A stretch of DNA of 64,000 bases. Origin: Marsupella aquatica (lineage: Eukaryota > Plantae > Marchantiophyta). The stretch is taken from NCBI GenBank assembly GCA_973895155.1, contig OZ316895.1, positions 14,486,448-14,550,447 of the forward strand, read 5' to 3'. The notes under the pieces are model-generated. The model did not search any database. It saw nothing but the letters and a program-made list of their open reading frames with translations, and was not told the DNA's origin. The stretch's first letter is position 1. Each line of letters starts with the position of its first letter. Both the position numbers and the translations under genes were made by a program. Of this stretch, positions 63,688 to 64,000 are shown one piece after another.

Positions 63688-63773
63688 TCGCCAGAACACA
63701 ATCAGAGTATGGAAGTTTGTCGCCACAAACTGCGGCAGGTACAATAGGCGTTCATCAACTGATCTGAAGTCTC

Positions 63774-64000
63774 ATGCCCAACCATATTAGCGACAACCTT
63801 TACGCCAACCCACTCCCTCAAGTCAATGCATTTGCATTCGATGAGGTTGTAGTAAATGTCTTTCCCGACATGATTAAACGCTCGGTTCCAGGCTACGCCA
63901 CCATCATTAATATGATTGGAAATCTTGCAGAACGTTATGCGCAACCCAATAGCTTTTGTTATGACTTAGGGTGCTCGCTCGGCGCAGCTACACTTGCAAT
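63774..64000 (+). CDS. cmoA: Carboxy-S-adenosyl-L-methionine synthase, 5' part (runs off the window)
   Basis: [62 protein letters not shown]; the [12 protein letters not shown] and YDLGCSLGA motifs are characteristic of CmoA. Confidence 0.93.
   Translation, partial: MPNHISDNLYANPLPQVNAFAFDEVVVNVFPDMIKRSVPGYATIINMIGNLAERYAQPNSFCYDLGCSLGAATLA

Larger units (their letters stand above)
61205..64000. other. Bacterial (gammaproteobacterial-like) DNA segment joined to plant DNA
   Basis: Intronless, densely packed prokaryotic genes with a TAATG stop/start overlap at 61,919-61,915; the junction lies somewhere between ~60,450 and 61,200. Confidence 0.93.

Noticed and set aside
63702-63944. 80-aa minus-strand ORF
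   Set aside because: Antisense shadow of cmoA.

Overview
Most of the window (about 1-61,000) is eukaryotic nuclear DNA from a land plant. A bryophyte-grade plant is my inference from gene content and intron style. It holds five host genes reconstructed by reading splice sites: a 7-exon DUF1995/LPA3-like plastid protein with a C-terminal SAP domain, a 9-exon MATE transporter, an intronless F-box/Kelch protein, an intronless biotin synthase (BIO2) and a many-exon meiotic kleisin (REC8/SYN1). Between the genes lies transposon debris: the 5' half of a Ty1/copia element with LTR, PBS and gag, several solo or partial LTRs, a LINE remnant and a decayed hAT transposase. The transposase lies convergently against a decayed coiled-coil/RING-H2 gene and an intact atypical protein kinase ORF, so the block may be a large cargo-carrying element. 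The last ~2.9 kb is clearly bacterial and gammaproteobacterial-like: a REC-TPR response regulator, a sensorless histidine kinase and cmoA. It is heavily frameshifted, so it is most likely a chimeric or contaminant contig end, though a decayed horizontal transfer cannot be excluded from sequence alone. All calls come from manual reading; no database searches were run.
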